This document shows positions 39,957-50,353 of a stretch of DNA of 64,000 nt, in pieces (positions within the stretch are counted from its first letter, which is position 1; the number at the start of each line of letters is the position of its first letter). Position numbers and translations under genes: made by a program. The notes beneath the pieces are model-generated. The model did not search any database, was not told the DNA's origin, and was given only the letters and a program-made list of their open reading frames with translations. The stretch covers positions 2,080,001 through 2,144,000 of the forward strand of contig OY762825.2 in assembly GCA_963666425.2 (NCBI GenBank), written 5' to 3'. Source of the DNA: Bacillota bacterium (GTDB lineage: Bacteria > Bacillota > JAAYKD01).

Positions 39957-41732
39957 ATGGACATCACAGTACAGGCGAACGCCCTGAAGCTCGTTGGCCA
40001 GCTTTTTGACCGCAAGAGCAGTACACAGCCAATCATTCCTTATCTGCCTCAGAAAGCGATTTTTCCCAATCATCCGCAGCGGCAGTCCTTTCCCTCGGCT
40101 ACCCCCGAGTCTCAAGGCATTCCCTCCGCTTATCTGGCCCGCTTTATCGAAGAATTACAGGCGGATCCCAGTCTCGATCTGCATACGCTGATGATTCTGA
40201 AAAATGGTTTTGTCATTGCCGAAACAAGCTTTGGCGCCTATGATCTGCACACTTGGACCTTGGGGCATTCCTTTTGTAAATCGATCACCGGTTTAGCGAT
40301 CGGCATGCTGATTGACGATGGACTGCTGCAGCTGGACGATCATCTCGTCGATCTTTTTGCCAAACATAACAATATGCTCTCCCGGCTGACGCAGAAGAAT
40401 ATCACGGTGGCTCATTTACTAACCATGACGAGCGGTGTGGTTTTTAACGAAATCGGTGCCATTACCGAGACGGATTGGCTGAAAGCGTTTCTGGAATCGG
40501 GAGTTCGCTTCGAAGCGGGCAGTAATTTTGCTTACAACAGCATGAACTCCTACCTGCTCTCGGTGCTCGTCCGGGAAATCAGCGGACAGAGTTTAATGGA
40601 ATTTCTGCAGCCGCGCTTATTTCAGCCTCTGGCGATTGAGAATGTCTATTGGGAAGTTTGTCCCAAGGGCATCGAAAAAGGCGGCTGGGGTTTATATCTG
40701 GCGCCTGAGGACATGGCCAAGATCGGTCAGCTCTATCTGCAGCAGGGTAATTGGCAAGGCCAACAGCTCGTATCACGGCGATGGATTCAAGAGGCGACCT
40801 CAACGAAAATCAAGGCACCTGCCACGACGGGAGAGTATAACTACGGTTATCATATCTGGGTGAGCAGACAGGAACATGCTTTTTTGCTGAATGGTATGTT
40901 TGGGCAAAATGTGATTGGCTTTCCGGAAAGTCAGATTTTGGTCGTCACAACCGGCGGGGTTGGGGAGTTGTTCCAATTAGGCGGCTTCTTTCGGTTGCTG
41001 CATCGCTATTTTAAGGCAACCTATCATCCCGGCCATTTTCTGCCGGAAAATACGGCAGCGTACTTGCGTTTGCAGCGGCTGCGGCATTTGCCGGGGCATG
41101 GCTGGAACAAGACGGAAGCAGTGGCCGCCGTACCGCTTTCTCATTCACGCGAACCGGCTTTACCGCAGGCCTGCCTGACGCTCGACCAGCAGGTCTACAC
41201 TTTTAGCTCGGCAGAGGCGGACAGCGTCGGTTTGTTTCCGCTGATCGCGCAGATTATGCAGAACAATTATACCAAAGGCATCCGACGTTTGAAATTTCAG
41301 ATTCACGATCATCTGTTTTGGCTGATCGTGGAAGAAGAGGATGAAAGTTATAGCCTGCCGATTGGTTTTCACACAGATCAATTTACCTCGCTGTCTCTGC
41401 ATGGAGAATCTTATCTGGTTGGCTGCCGGGGGCAGTTTGCTCTGGATGAAGATGAGCATTTGGTACTGAAGCTGCGCTGTTCGTTTCTGGAACTCTCCGT
41501 AGCCCGTTTGATTAAACTCTATTTCGACGACAAACAGCTGCGGGTGAATTTCAGCGAATCGCCCGGTAAGGAAATCCTCTTTGGAGGTTTAGCTTCGGTT
41601 GTGGAGGAGGCTTCCAAAAAGAAATTCCTGGAGGCTGTCATTGCGCGTGTCGATGCAGACTACCTGGTTTATCGCATCGAGCGCTCTTTTAATCCGGTCT
41701 TGACAGCAAAGCTTGTGGAGGAGACCATCTAG
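39957..41732 (+). CDS. beta-lactamase-like serine hydrolase with C-terminal extension
   Basis: SFCK (SxxK), HLLTMTSG, FAYNS, DMAKIGQLYL; start MDITV. Confidence 0.8.
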   Translation: MDITVQANALKLVGQLFDRKSSTQPIIPYLPQKAIFPNHPQRQSFPSATPESQGIPSAYLARFIEELQADPSLDLHTLMILKNGFVIAETSFGAYDLHTWTLGHSFCKSITGLAIGMLIDDGLLQLDDHLVDLFAKHNNMLSRLTQKNITVAHLLTMTSGVVFNEIGAITETDWLKAFLESGVRFEAGSNFAYNSMNSYLLSVLVREISGQSLMEFLQPRLFQPLAIENVYWEVCPKGIEKGGWGLYLAPEDMAKIGQLYLQQGNWQGQQLVSRRWIQEATSTKIKAPATTGEYNYGYHIWVSRQEHAFLLNGMFGQNVIGFPESQILVVTTGGVGELFQLGGFFRLLHRYFKATYHPGHFLPENTAAYLRLQRLRHLPGHGWNKTEAVAAVPLSHSREPALPQACLTLDQQVYTFSSAEADSVGLFPLIAQIMQNNYTKGIRRLKFQIHDHLFWLIVEEEDESYSLPIGFHTDQFTSLSLHGESYLVGCRGQFALDEDEHLVLKLRCSFLELSVARLIKLYFDDKQLRVNFSESPGKEILFGGLASVVEEASKKKFLEAVIARVDADYLVYRIERSFNPVLTAKLVEETI

Positions 41733-41744
41733 CAAGTTCATACT

Positions 41745-41790
41745 AAAACCAAAGGGGATGCAGCGGTTGGCTGCATCCCCTTTGGTTTTA
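41745..41790. terminator. bidirectional terminator
   Basis: AAAACCAAAGGGGATGCAGC-ggttg-GCTGCATCCCCTTTGGTTTT. Confidence 0.9.
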
Positions 41791-44244
41791 GACGACGACG
41801 ATATTGACCAGTCTGTTCTTGATGACGACGATTTTGATGATTTTTTTGCCGGTTAAGTAGGGTTCCAGACCCGGTGAAGCCAAGGCCATGGTCTTAATAT
41901 TTTCTTCCGATTCTTCCCGGTCCACTTCGATTTTATCGCGGATCTTGCCGTTAATCTGCAGCGCCAGTTCGACACTGTCCTCGATCAGCATGGCTTCATC
42001 GCAAATTGGCCAGGCTTGATTATGGATCGAGTAAGGTTTGCCGATCTGCTGCCAAAGTTCCTCCGTTAAATGAGGCGCCAGGGGAGCCAGCAAGCGCAGC
42101 AAGTCAGCGGTCGCTTCTTCCAATAAGACCCGATCTTTGATGGTGTTTTCTGTATCGTATTGGTTCAGCGCATTGAGAAATTCCATGATCTTAGCAATGG
42201 AGGTATTGAATTGCGAGACTTCCATGTCTTTCGTGCAGTACTGGATCGCCTTGTGACGATAGAACTGCAGCCGTTTGCCGGCTTTGGCATTGGCGATTCC
42301 GCCGGGACCGCCCTGGCGTATTTCCAGCAGCCGGTCGATCCAGCGCTCTACCCGGTCAATAAAGCGCGACATTGCCTTGATGCCGCTGTCCTCCCAGGGG
42401 CCGCCTTCGGTATAATTATAGGTAAAGCCAAGGAAGAGGCGCAGAATATCCGAACCGTAGTTTTCCAGATAGCTGTCGGGCGAGATCACATTGCCATGCG
42501 ATTTCGACATGCGGTTGCCGTCGGGTCCCAGGATAATGCCTTGATGGATGAGGGAACGGAACGGTTCGTCGAAGTTGAGATAACCGCAGTCGCGCAGCGC
42601 TTTGACAAAGAAACGGGCATAAATCAAGTGCATGCAGGCATGCTCCGGTCCGCCGACGTATTTATCGACCGGCAGCATACGATTGATCCAGTCGACATTC
42701 CAGGCCTGCTCACTGTTTTTGTTGTCGGGATAGCGCAGGAAATACCAGGAGGAGTCGACAAAGGTATCCATGGTATCGGGATCGCGTTCGGCCGGTCCGC
42801 CGCAGATAGGGCAGACGGTATGCATAAAGGAGTCACTTTTGGCCAAAGGGGACTTGCCGTCCGGCTTGAATTCCACGTCATAAGGCAATTTGACCGGCAG
42901 GTCTTCCAGCGGTACCGGCACTTCGCCGCATTTGGGACAATGGATGATCGGGATCGGTGCGCCCCAGTAGCGCTGACGGGAAATCAGCCAATCACGCAGG
43001 CGATAGGTTACGGTGGCTTCCCCTTTCTGCGCCGCAGCCAAATCGCTGACAATTGCTTTTAAGGCTTGCTCGGAAGTCAATCCGTTATACGAACCGGAAT
43101 TGACCAGGATGCCATATTCCGTGAAGGGCAGTGCCTCCGAGGCTGCGCCTTCGGCGGCTTGAATCACCCGCGGAATGGGCAGTTCGTATTTGACGGCAAA
43201 TTCATAATCGCGCGTATCGTGGGCTGGAACGGCCATGACACAGCCGGTGCCGTAGGTGGCGAGCACATAATCGGCGATCCAGATGGGGATCTGCGCACCG
43301 GTCAGCGGATGGATGGCATAAGCACCGGTGAAAGTGCCTGTTTTTTCTTTGACTGTGGAGAGACGTTCAATTTCGGTTTGCTTTTTGGTTTCTTCCTGAT
43401 AAGCGGTGACCGCTGCCAGTTGGTCTTGACTGGTGATTTGAGCGACCAGCGGCTGCTCCGGCGCCAACACGACATAGGAAGCGCCGAAAAGCGTATCCGC
43501 GCGGGTGGTGAAGACACGGATCTTGAGATCCGGCTGCCCAGCCACGGCAAACTCAATATGACTGCCTTCGGAACGGCCGATCCAATTACGCTGTTTGATC
43601 TTGGTGCTTTCCGGCCAGTTCAGCGCATCCAGGCCATTCAAAAGCTCCTCGGCATAAGCGGTGATCCTGAAAAACCATTGGGTTAAGTTTTTTTTGGTGA
43701 CGGGTGTTTCACAGCGTTCACATTTGCCATCCACGACCTGCTCATTGGCCAAGACAGTCTGACAGCTGGGGCACCAATTGACCGGCGCCATTTTACGATA
43801 CGCCAATCCCTTCTCGTAGAATTTTAAGAAGATCCACTGGGTCCATCTGTAATATGCCGGATCGCAGGTCATCAGCTCATAATCCCAATCAAAAGTGGCT
43901 CCCATTTCTTTCAGCTGTTTTTCCATGGAAGCGATGTTGGCCAGGGTAGAATCCATGGGATGGATGCCGGACTTGATCGCGAAATTCTCTGCCGGCAAGC
44001 CGAACGCGTCAAAGCCCATCGGATGGAATACTTCGTAACCCTGCATTCTCTTCATACGGGACCAGCTGTCGGTCATGCCATAATTATACCAATGACCGAC
44101 GTGTAATTTGTAACCGGACGGATAAGAGAACATTTCCAAACAATAGAGTTTTTTGTCGGCTTTCTCCGGGTGAAATTTGTAGAGCTGCGTTTCTTGCCAA
44201 CGCTGCTGCCACTTCAGGTCGGTCTGTCGATTGTAACGACTCAT
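41788..44244 (-). CDS. leuS: leucine--tRNA ligase
   Basis: EMFSYPSG, HVGH (HIGH), FTTRADT editing domain, SRQRYWG, RMSKS (KMSKS). Confidence 0.97.
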   Translation of the reverse strand: MSRYNRQTDLKWQQRWQETQLYKFHPEKADKKLYCLEMFSYPSGYKLHVGHWYNYGMTDSWSRMKRMQGYEVFHPMGFDAFGLPAENFAIKSGIHPMDSTLANIASMEKQLKEMGATFDWDYELMTCDPAYYRWTQWIFLKFYEKGLAYRKMAPVNWCPSCQTVLANEQVVDGKCERCETPVTKKNLTQWFFRITAYAEELLNGLDALNWPESTKIKQRNWIGRSEGSHIEFAVAGQPDLKIRVFTTRADTLFGASYVVLAPEQPLVAQITSQDQLAAVTAYQEETKKQTEIERLSTVKEKTGTFTGAYAIHPLTGAQIPIWIADYVLATYGTGCVMAVPAHDTRDYEFAVKYELPIPRVIQAAEGAASEALPFTEYGILVNSGSYNGLTSEQALKAIVSDLAAAQKGEATVTYRLRDWLISRQRYWGAPIPIIHCPKCGEVPVPLEDLPVKLPYDVEFKPDGKSPLAKSDSFMHTVCPICGGPAERDPDTMDTFVDSSWYFLRYPDNKNSEQAWNVDWINRMLPVDKYVGGPEHACMHLIYARFFVKALRDCGYLNFDEPFRSLIHQGIILGPDGNRMSKSHGNVISPDSYLENYGSDILRLFLGFTYNYTEGGPWEDSGIKAMSRFIDRVERWIDRLLEIRQGGPGGIANAKAGKRLQFYRHKAIQYCTKDMEVSQFNTSIAKIMEFLNALNQYDTENTIKDRVLLEEATADLLRLLAPLAPHLTEELWQQIGKPYSIHNQAWPICDEAMLIEDSVELALQINGKIRDKIEVDREESEENIKTMALASPGLEPYLTGKKIIKIVVIKNRLVNIVVV

Positions 44245-44285
44245 TTTGCTTCACTCCTTCTATATTGATTTTTTTCTGCGCTCGA

Positions 44286-44520
44286 AAAATAAAAAACTCC
44301 GTTGTCTCAAAATAAGAGACGACGGAGCCGCGGTACCACTCTTGTTGAAATCATGCTTTGGGCATGGTTCCCACTTACAGCAGATAACGTATGCTGACGG
44401 ACGGATTTAAATCCATCTGCCTTCCAAAGCGAGTTCCCTGCTTTTTGTTGCTGTCTCTCAGCGTCCGACAGCTCTCTGAAAACAAAAATAGCAGCTACTG
44501 CTCTCTGATCATCGGCATTA
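44286..44520 (-). ncRNA. T-box riboswitch, leucine specifier CUC
   Basis: Minus strand: AGTA, AGAGA and GCTGAGA elements of stem I; GAA-CTC specifier at 44431-44433; T-box AAGAGTGGTACCGCGG; terminator CTCCGTCGTCTC/GAGACAACGGAG plus U-tract. Confidence 0.93.
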
Positions 44521-44533
44521 TGATATTAAATGA

Positions 44534-44562
44534 ATTATAGAACGAAATTCAGGCGTTGTCAA
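44534..44562 (-). promoter_or_regulatory. sigma-A promoter of the leuS leader
   Basis: Perfect TTGACA-N17-TATAAT on the minus strand. Confidence 0.85.
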
Positions 44563-44578
44563 ATACTTTTAGCACAGT

Positions 44579-45112
44579 TCACTGTTTTTTCCAGGTTTCC
44601 TGCAAAAATATTTTTCGTTCCTGTACGGCTTCGTCGGCATGGTATTTTTCTGTTTCACGGCGCGCATAATCCTGGTGATAGTTTTCCGCCGGATAAAAAG
44701 TTTCCACCGGCAAAATACGGGTCACGATCGGTTTCTGAAACTTGCCCGAAGCAGCCAAGTCCGCTTTGGATTGTTCCGCGGCCAGACGCTGGCTTTCATC
44801 ATGATAGAAAATAGCGGTGCGATAGGAACTGCCCCGATCACCAAATTGACCGTCCTGATCGGTGGGATCAATCTGCTGCCAATAGATGGCCAATAATTCG
44901 GGGTAGGATATGACTTGTTCGTCATAGATCACGCGGATCGCTTCCAGATGCCCGCTTTTTTGGGCACGCACGTCCTGATAGGTAGGATTGGCTAAAAAGC
45001 CGCCGGTATAACCGGAAATCACCTGTGAAACACCTTCATAGCAGTCAAAAGGCAAAACCATACACCAGAAACAACCACCGGCAAAGGTTGCTGTTTTCAT
45101 TTGTTCGTTCAT
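44579..45112 (-). CDS. msrA: peptide-methionine (S)-S-oxide reductase
   Basis: FAGGCFWC, SGYTGG, GHLEA, FYPAENYHQDY. Confidence 0.93.
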   Translation of the reverse strand: MNEQMKTATFAGGCFWCMVLPFDCYEGVSQVISGYTGGFLANPTYQDVRAQKSGHLEAIRVIYDEQVISYPELLAIYWQQIDPTDQDGQFGDRGSSYRTAIFYHDESQRLAAEQSKADLAASGKFQKPIVTRILPVETFYPAENYHQDYARRETEKYHADEAVQERKIFLQETWKKQ

Positions 45113-45166
45113 TGTTTCCTCCTCTTTGAGCCTGATCGGAATCATGGGAAATTCAGCTGTCCCGAC

Positions 45167-45652
45167 TTACAAGTGCTTTTCTTTGAAAAAAGCAGTAGAG
45201 CTGCCTTCGTAACCAAGTGCTGCATAGAGAGCCTGCGCTTCCGGGTTCTCTGTATTGACGTACAAGCGGATACCGACGGCGCCGCAGCTGAGAGCGCAGG
45301 TTTCAGCCTGTTTCATCAATAATTTGGCAGCGCCATGCTGGCGAAAGGCCGGTGCGACCCACAGTTCATCGACGTAAAGATGACCATGTCCATTGTATTT
45401 GCCTACTTTCGGCAGGTAATACAGGCTGATCCAGCCGATCATGCGCGCCTGACAGACGGCCGTAAATAACCAATAATCCGGCCGGGCTAAGGCGCTGCGC
45501 ACGGCAGCCGGTACGTCGGAGGGTATGCAGGCTTCAGTGGAGCTTGCTTCTTCTCCATTGAGACGCCAAGCTACCAGGTTGGCAAATAGGGGATAATTAA
45601 CCGTATTAATCCGGCAAAGGTGAATTTCGTTTTTCGCTGATTCTGTAGCCAT
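45167..45652 (-). CDS. GNAT N-acetyltransferase
   Basis: LYVDELWVAPAFRQHGAAK, NPEAQALYAALGY. Confidence 0.85.
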   Translation of the reverse strand: MATESAKNEIHLCRINTVNYPLFANLVAWRLNGEEASSTEACIPSDVPAAVRSALARPDYWLFTAVCQARMIGWISLYYLPKVGKYNGHGHLYVDELWVAPAFRQHGAAKLLMKQAETCALSCGAVGIRLYVNTENPEAQALYAALGYEGSSTAFFKEKHL

Positions 45653-45736
45653 GAAAAATTCGCTCCTAATATAAAACACCCGGCAGTTCATTTTCTATTG
45701 TCCTGCCGGATGTTTTGCTTCAAAGTTCTCTGCTTT

Positions 45737-46222
45737 TTACAGCAATTTCTGCAGCTCGAGTTCGTGTTTGATTAAGATACCATTCTGTCCCACCACAGGA
45801 ATTTCCGGTTTCAGGTTTCGTAAAGAATCGATCGTGTTCAGATACAAATTCGAGAACTCAAAACCGCGTTTTTGATAAAAACGTAATGCTTCGATGTTAT
45901 CATTTGTGGTGATCAACCAAATACGTTTGCAGCCGGCTTCTCTGGCGGCATCTTCCATACTGCGCAGCAGTGAAGAGCCTAAACCTACTTTATTGAGCAG
46001 CGAATTGATGGTCACTAATTCACATTCTTCACCGCGAATATCATAGGTAATCAAACCGACAATGAAACCATCCTGGTAGACAATAAATCCGGGTAGTGTG
46101 TCTGTTTGCTGTACTCCTTTGGAATGCACATTTTTACTGGCACCCCAATGCTCCTGAAGAAATTCAGACATCTTCGGCCGGTCAGCATCGGAAATTCGAC
46201 GAATTACATATTGGCTCAACAC
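45737..46222 (-). CDS. GNAT N-acetyltransferase
   Basis: KVGLGSSLL, WLITTNDNIEALRFYQKRGF. Confidence 0.88.
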   Translation of the reverse strand: MLSQYVIRRISDADRPKMSEFLQEHWGASKNVHSKGVQQTDTLPGFIVYQDGFIVGLITYDIRGEECELVTINSLLNKVGLGSSLLRSMEDAAREAGCKRIWLITTNDNIEALRFYQKRGFEFSNLYLNTIDSLRNLKPEIPVVGQNGILIKHELELQKLL

Positions 46223-46463
46223 TATCCACTCCTTTACAATCTGAGATCCTTATTTGGCAAGGCATCAAGCCTTGGATCACCCTTTGCCATTATTCCAACT
46301 ATTCGCTTTAGCAGGATTAAAAACCTTTGACAAAATTCGTAAATTAACGTGTCGTTTTTCAGACGGCGCAAAACGATTGGCTATTTTTGGCTCGTTTGGC
46401 AGAGCATTCCCTTTTTTAACTGTAAGGCTGTCCAAAACAACAGAAAGAAGCTGGATTATATTC

Positions 46464-46493
46464 TTGCGTAGCATGTGGCTTTGAAGGTATAAT
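46464..46493 (+). promoter_or_regulatory. sigma-A promoter of tRNA-Phe/tRNA-Met
   Basis: TTGCGT-N18-TATAAT, 10 nt before tRNA-Phe. Confidence 0.65.
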
Positions 46494-46503
46494 GTAACAC
46501 ATT

Positions 46504-46579
<76 letters not shown>

Positions 46580-46585
46580 GTTTAT

Positions 46586-46661
46586 GGCGGAGTAGCTCAG
46601 CTGGCAGAGCAAGCGGTTCATACCCGCTGTGTCGTTGGTTCGATTCCGACTTCCGCCACCA
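46586..46661 (+). tRNA. tRNA-Met(CAT), elongator type
   Basis: 76-nt cloverleaf, AGCGG-ttCATac-CCGCT, G1-C72 paired, canonical TTCGA, CCA end. Confidence 0.92.
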
Positions 46662-46708
46662 AAACAAGGTCCCGATTTTGATTGATTCAAAATCGGGACC
46701 TTGTTTTT
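46661..46708. terminator. bidirectional terminator
   Basis: AAAACAAGGTCCCGATTTTGA-ttgat-TCAAAATCGGGACCTTGTTTT. Confidence 0.9.
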
Positions 46709-47462
46709 ATGCAAAAATCCGCACATTGACCCGCAGCCGGCCTTTCCGGGTTTCCTTCTCGATGCCTTCATAAAGAAAGCGGCCAAAGCCCTGCACAGAA
46801 ACGATACTGCCTGCTGTCAGAGCTGCACTGGTGTTTTCGGTAACCCGACTGTTGACAGAGACAATCCCTTTGGCAAAAAGCTGTTGGCTCTCGCTGCGGG
46901 AGAGCCGATAGACCGCAGCAACGATAGCATCCAGACGCTCGGAGGCGATGACGATTTGGCTGGGATCGGGGATTTGATTGACGAAATCAGGTGCGTCCGC
47001 CATCGTGCAGCGAACCGTAGTGTGCTTTACCTGTTTCAATTCTGCGATGATGTAATCAGCGACCGAAACGAGGCAAAAGAGAGAACCGCAGTTATCATGC
47101 AGGATGATATCCCCGATAACTTCCCGTTTTAAACCCAAAGCTAAAACAGAGCCGAGGAAGTCCCGGTGACTGAGCTGATCCGCAAATTTCTGTGAAACAG
47201 GAGCAATGCAGATGCAGGAAATCGGTGAGCCGGCAGGCGGGTATTCCGGTGCAGGCACGCCAAAACAAGCAACTTTGCGTTCGGCGGCATCATAGCCACC
47301 CATTAAGGTAAAGGCAGCCGAATTGCGGTCAAAGGCTGTCTGCTGCAGCACTTCTTGTTCGGCGCGGTTTAAAAAATCGGAATAGAGCTCGGTATCACGT
47401 GAAAAGGCACGGTGAGCCAGCTCTGTGAATCTTTTCATCAGCAGTGTATCGTCTTCCGTCAT
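46707..47462 (-). CDS. YlmH/Sll1252 family S4-domain RNA-binding protein
   Basis: GGYDAAERK, LSHRDFLGS, GDI, SERLDA, SVQGFGR. Confidence 0.88.
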   Translation of the reverse strand: MTEDDTLLMKRFTELAHRAFSRDTELYSDFLNRAEQEVLQQTAFDRNSAAFTLMGGYDAAERKVACFGVPAPEYPPAGSPISCICIAPVSQKFADQLSHRDFLGSVLALGLKREVIGDIILHDNCGSLFCLVSVADYIIAELKQVKHTTVRCTMADAPDFVNQIPDPSQIVIASERLDAIVAAVYRLSRSESQQLFAKGIVSVNSRVTENTSAALTAGSIVSVQGFGRFLYEGIEKETRKGRLRVNVRIFA

Positions 47463-47744
47463 ATCTGCCGCCTCCTTTCAGGATCAATTTGATGCTTTAT
47501 CATTTTGATGCTTTATCATTAACTAGACTATTCTCTTTGGGCTGGATTATTCCTTTGCTGACGAACAAGCTGTTCGGTTATTTGAAAATCGGTTTGCCGC
47601 CAAGTCTAATCGAGCCTACCAGGCAAGTGCAAACAAGAGGACCGATCGGCTGCGAAAAAGGTTTTGCTCCACAGCGAGCCGAATTAAGTAAAAGCGGAAT
47701 CCTCTGAGAATCAATAAGCTAATTTTGGACGGTGAATTGAAAAA

Positions 47745-48257
47745 ATGAAAAATCTCATTCTGATCAATGGTACGATGGGAGTCGGCAAGACGACGACCGG
47801 CAGAGCGCTGCAGCAATTGCTGCCGGATTGTGTTTTTCTGGATGGCGATTGGTGTTGGGATATGCGGCCTTTTGTGGTCAATGCGGAAACAAAAAAGATG
47901 GTTGAGCAGAATATTTATTATCTGCTGAATAATTTCCTGCACTGCTCAGTCTATCAAAATATAATTTTTTGTTGGGTCATGCACGAACAGGTGATTTTGG
48001 ATCATCTGCTGGCAGCTTTGGACCTTAGCGATTGCTGTGTTTATCAATTCTCTCTGGTTTGCTCCGAACAAGCCTTGATCAAGCGGCTGGAATTGGATGT
48101 GGCAGCCGGCCTGAGAGTCCCGGAAGGGACAGCCAGAAGTCTTCCCCGGCTGCAGAATTATCAGAGTATGGCAACGCTGAAAATCGATACAAGTGAGATC
48201 TCTGCTGCTCAGGCAGCAGAAAAGATCCTTTCTTACATCCATGCCGCTGCGATTTGA
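47745..48257 (+). CDS. small P-loop kinase/AAA-family protein
   Basis: LINGTMGVGKTT, FLDGDWCW. Confidence 0.75.
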   Translation: MKNLILINGTMGVGKTTTGRALQQLLPDCVFLDGDWCWDMRPFVVNAETKKMVEQNIYYLLNNFLHCSVYQNIIFCWVMHEQVILDHLLAALDLSDCCVYQFSLVCSEQALIKRLELDVAAGLRVPEGTARSLPRLQNYQSMATLKIDTSEISAAQAAEKILSYIHAAAI

Positions 48258-48314
48258 AAGGGCTGGAGCAAGCAAATCCTCCGTGATGATTTCTTTTTAA
48301 AAGGAGTGTTGCAA

Positions 48315-48806
48315 TTGGCCGGTGAACTGAGTCTTTTTAATTCTGTCATGTTACAGAAACAAGCAGTCAATGAAATTCTGGGATTGAACCAAATCACCCG
48401 CCAATATGGCTTGACTTTAAGCCCAAAACAGGTGGTTGACCTGGTGGAAACCCGTGCCTTGGCATTGCAGCAGACCGGACGGATTGAAATCGGCGGTGGT
48501 GTCATTGACAAAATGATCACCGTCTTTGCCGATTCTCCCTTCCTGACCAGCTATAATTATGCGGAAACACTCAATGACTTAATTGAATTATTTTACTATT
48601 TTAAAAACGAAACACTGGAACAGGTCAGTGACGATGATTTAATCGGTTACATGGGCAAAGCCTTTAATGGTGTCTGCCAAGGCTCACTCGAATTATTAGC
48701 CGGACGGGAATTGGTCCGAATGGCACATAATATCCGATTTGGTTTGGCCGTGGATTACGAGGAAAAAGAGCAGGGGGAAGAGGAGGAACAGGATGGAGTA
48801 CGCTGA
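48315..48806 (+). CDS. conserved hypothetical protein (DUF6323-like)
   Basis: YGLTLS...GRIEIG...FADSPF...FYYFKNE...CQGSLE; family name recalled, not searched; TTG start after AAGGAG. Confidence 0.6.
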   Translation: MAGELSLFNSVMLQKQAVNEILGLNQITRQYGLTLSPKQVVDLVETRALALQQTGRIEIGGGVIDKMITVFADSPFLTSYNYAETLNDLIELFYYFKNETLEQVSDDDLIGYMGKAFNGVCQGSLELLAGRELVRMAHNIRFGLAVDYEEKEQGEEEEQDGVR

Positions 48807-50157
48807 ACAGCAGGATGACAGCAAACCGGCAAGTCCAGAAACCGCATTCTATCTGCAAAATCTGTTAAACGATGCCAATCGCAGCCAAATTCTCAGCGAT
48901 ATGGAAATAGAAAAAGTGCAGATGGCTTTGCTCAATCTGCTTGCCATGAAAATCACGAGCTACACAGAGAACCGCAGCAGTTCGGTTCGCCAGGAAACCG
49001 CTGAAACTCTGATGCAGTCGAATCTCTATACGATCGGGTTGTATCTCAAATCACTGTCCGGCCCAGTGCAAGCAACGCAAGCGCTGCGGGAAATTGAGGT
49101 TACTGAGCTCTATCGTCTGGGCAGAAAACGCCTGAATGCAAAAATCAGCGTGACCAATCATTTCTATCAGATGCTCAGACAAAACAAAATAGAAACGAAA
49201 CAGGCTATTTATCAGGCAGCTGTGATGGAAGCAATCCCGCAAGTCCTCAGAGGCTACCAACCGGATTACGCTGCTCATGAAATTTCTGCCGCCTTGGATT
49301 ACCCCTTGGCGTACTCTCCTCTCCATTTAGCAGGAATTGAATATTTGCAAGCTTATGTACAGTCGCTTTATTATGAAAATGCGTTTTGCGCTTGCTTTTC
49401 TGCTGCCGATCTGCATGCTTTGCTTGCCGCCTATGATCCAGCCTATGAAGATGCTGTTTTTAATATTTTCCAACTTGTTTATCTCACCGCGATCGGCTGT
49501 GAACTGTCTCATCTGAATTTTAGACCATTAAAATTAGCGAAAACAGACATAGAATGTTTGTCCGCTTTCCTGCTGCAGCAAACAGAGGAACAAATCATTC
49601 GCTTGGCTAGTGCCGCTGGTCAGGAAGTGATTCGGCAGCTGAATTTAAAAGATCGCGCTCTGATCCAATATCTGGAGGATCAGCTGCCGGCTCTGGGCAA
49701 AGAAATTCGATCGGCTGCTAAAATTGGCGTGCTTGAGCAATTCTTTCACGCGAACACAGGAGCACTGCAGTTGCCGCAGCAGGTGTTTTCTTTTGGTGAT
49801 AAGATGGAGGATGCCGCTTACAGAGATGTGTTGGATGAATTGCATTCCTGCCGCTATTTATCGGATAAATTGGCCATCATTCGGGAAAAAATCCGATCCT
49901 TAAGCGATCTGGACGATTTGATACGGGATGGTAATCTGACAGAAAGCGAAACGCTTGCGGTATTACAAATGTTGGGACGGATCGAAATTGCCGCTTTAGT
50001 CAAGCGGCACCTGATTTCAGCTGAAATGGATGCCGATTCGGTCAGTGAAACAGAAAATCAATTCAGAGAGACTTTGCGTCAATTTATCGCGCAGCAATCT
50101 GTGGCATATCGTCAACAGTTGACCAAAGTGGTGAATTCCTTACAAATCGAGTCTTGA
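48793..50157 (+). CDS. conserved hypothetical protein (DUF6179-like)
   Basis: SSSVRQETAE, YAAHEI, LDYPL, GIEYL...YENAFC; overlaps the upstream gene; family name recalled, not searched. Confidence 0.6.
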   Translation: MEYAEQQDDSKPASPETAFYLQNLLNDANRSQILSDMEIEKVQMALLNLLAMKITSYTENRSSSVRQETAETLMQSNLYTIGLYLKSLSGPVQATQALREIEVTELYRLGRKRLNAKISVTNHFYQMLRQNKIETKQAIYQAAVMEAIPQVLRGYQPDYAAHEISAALDYPLAYSPLHLAGIEYLQAYVQSLYYENAFCACFSAADLHALLAAYDPAYEDAVFNIFQLVYLTAIGCELSHLNFRPLKLAKTDIECLSAFLLQQTEEQIIRLASAAGQEVIRQLNLKDRALIQYLEDQLPALGKEIRSAAKIGVLEQFFHANTGALQLPQQVFSFGDKMEDAAYRDVLDELHSCRYLSDKLAIIREKIRSLSDLDDLIRDGNLTESETLAVLQMLGRIEIAALVKRHLISAEMDADSVSETENQFRETLRQFIAQQSVAYRQQLTKVVNSLQIES

Positions 50158-50216
50158 ATTTTCCACGAACGGTTTCTGAACATTTCATTACACAGCAGGT
50201 TTGTTTCAACTTATTC

Positions 50217-50245
50217 TTGTTTAAATCAGGGAATCAGGGTATAAT
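50217..50245 (+). promoter_or_regulatory. sigma-A-like promoter
   Basis: TTGTTT-N17-TATAAT. Confidence 0.5.
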
Positions 50246-50353
50246 GACCTGACATCAGGATGAGGAGCGATCGGATCATTGTGATGCCAACGTGGGATGA
50301 AGTGTTGTCTTTGGCATATTTCGAGCTATGATTCACGAAAGGCTGTGAATTGA

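Noticed and set aside
42160-43686. Long + strand ORFs (300 aa and 206 aa) opposite leuS
   Set aside because: Antisense shadows of a conserved gene with no RBS or motifs; codon bias explains the lack of stops
47391-47406. parS-like GGTATCACGTGAAAAG
   Set aside because: Four mismatches to TGTTNCACGTGAAACA, single copy, inside ylmH
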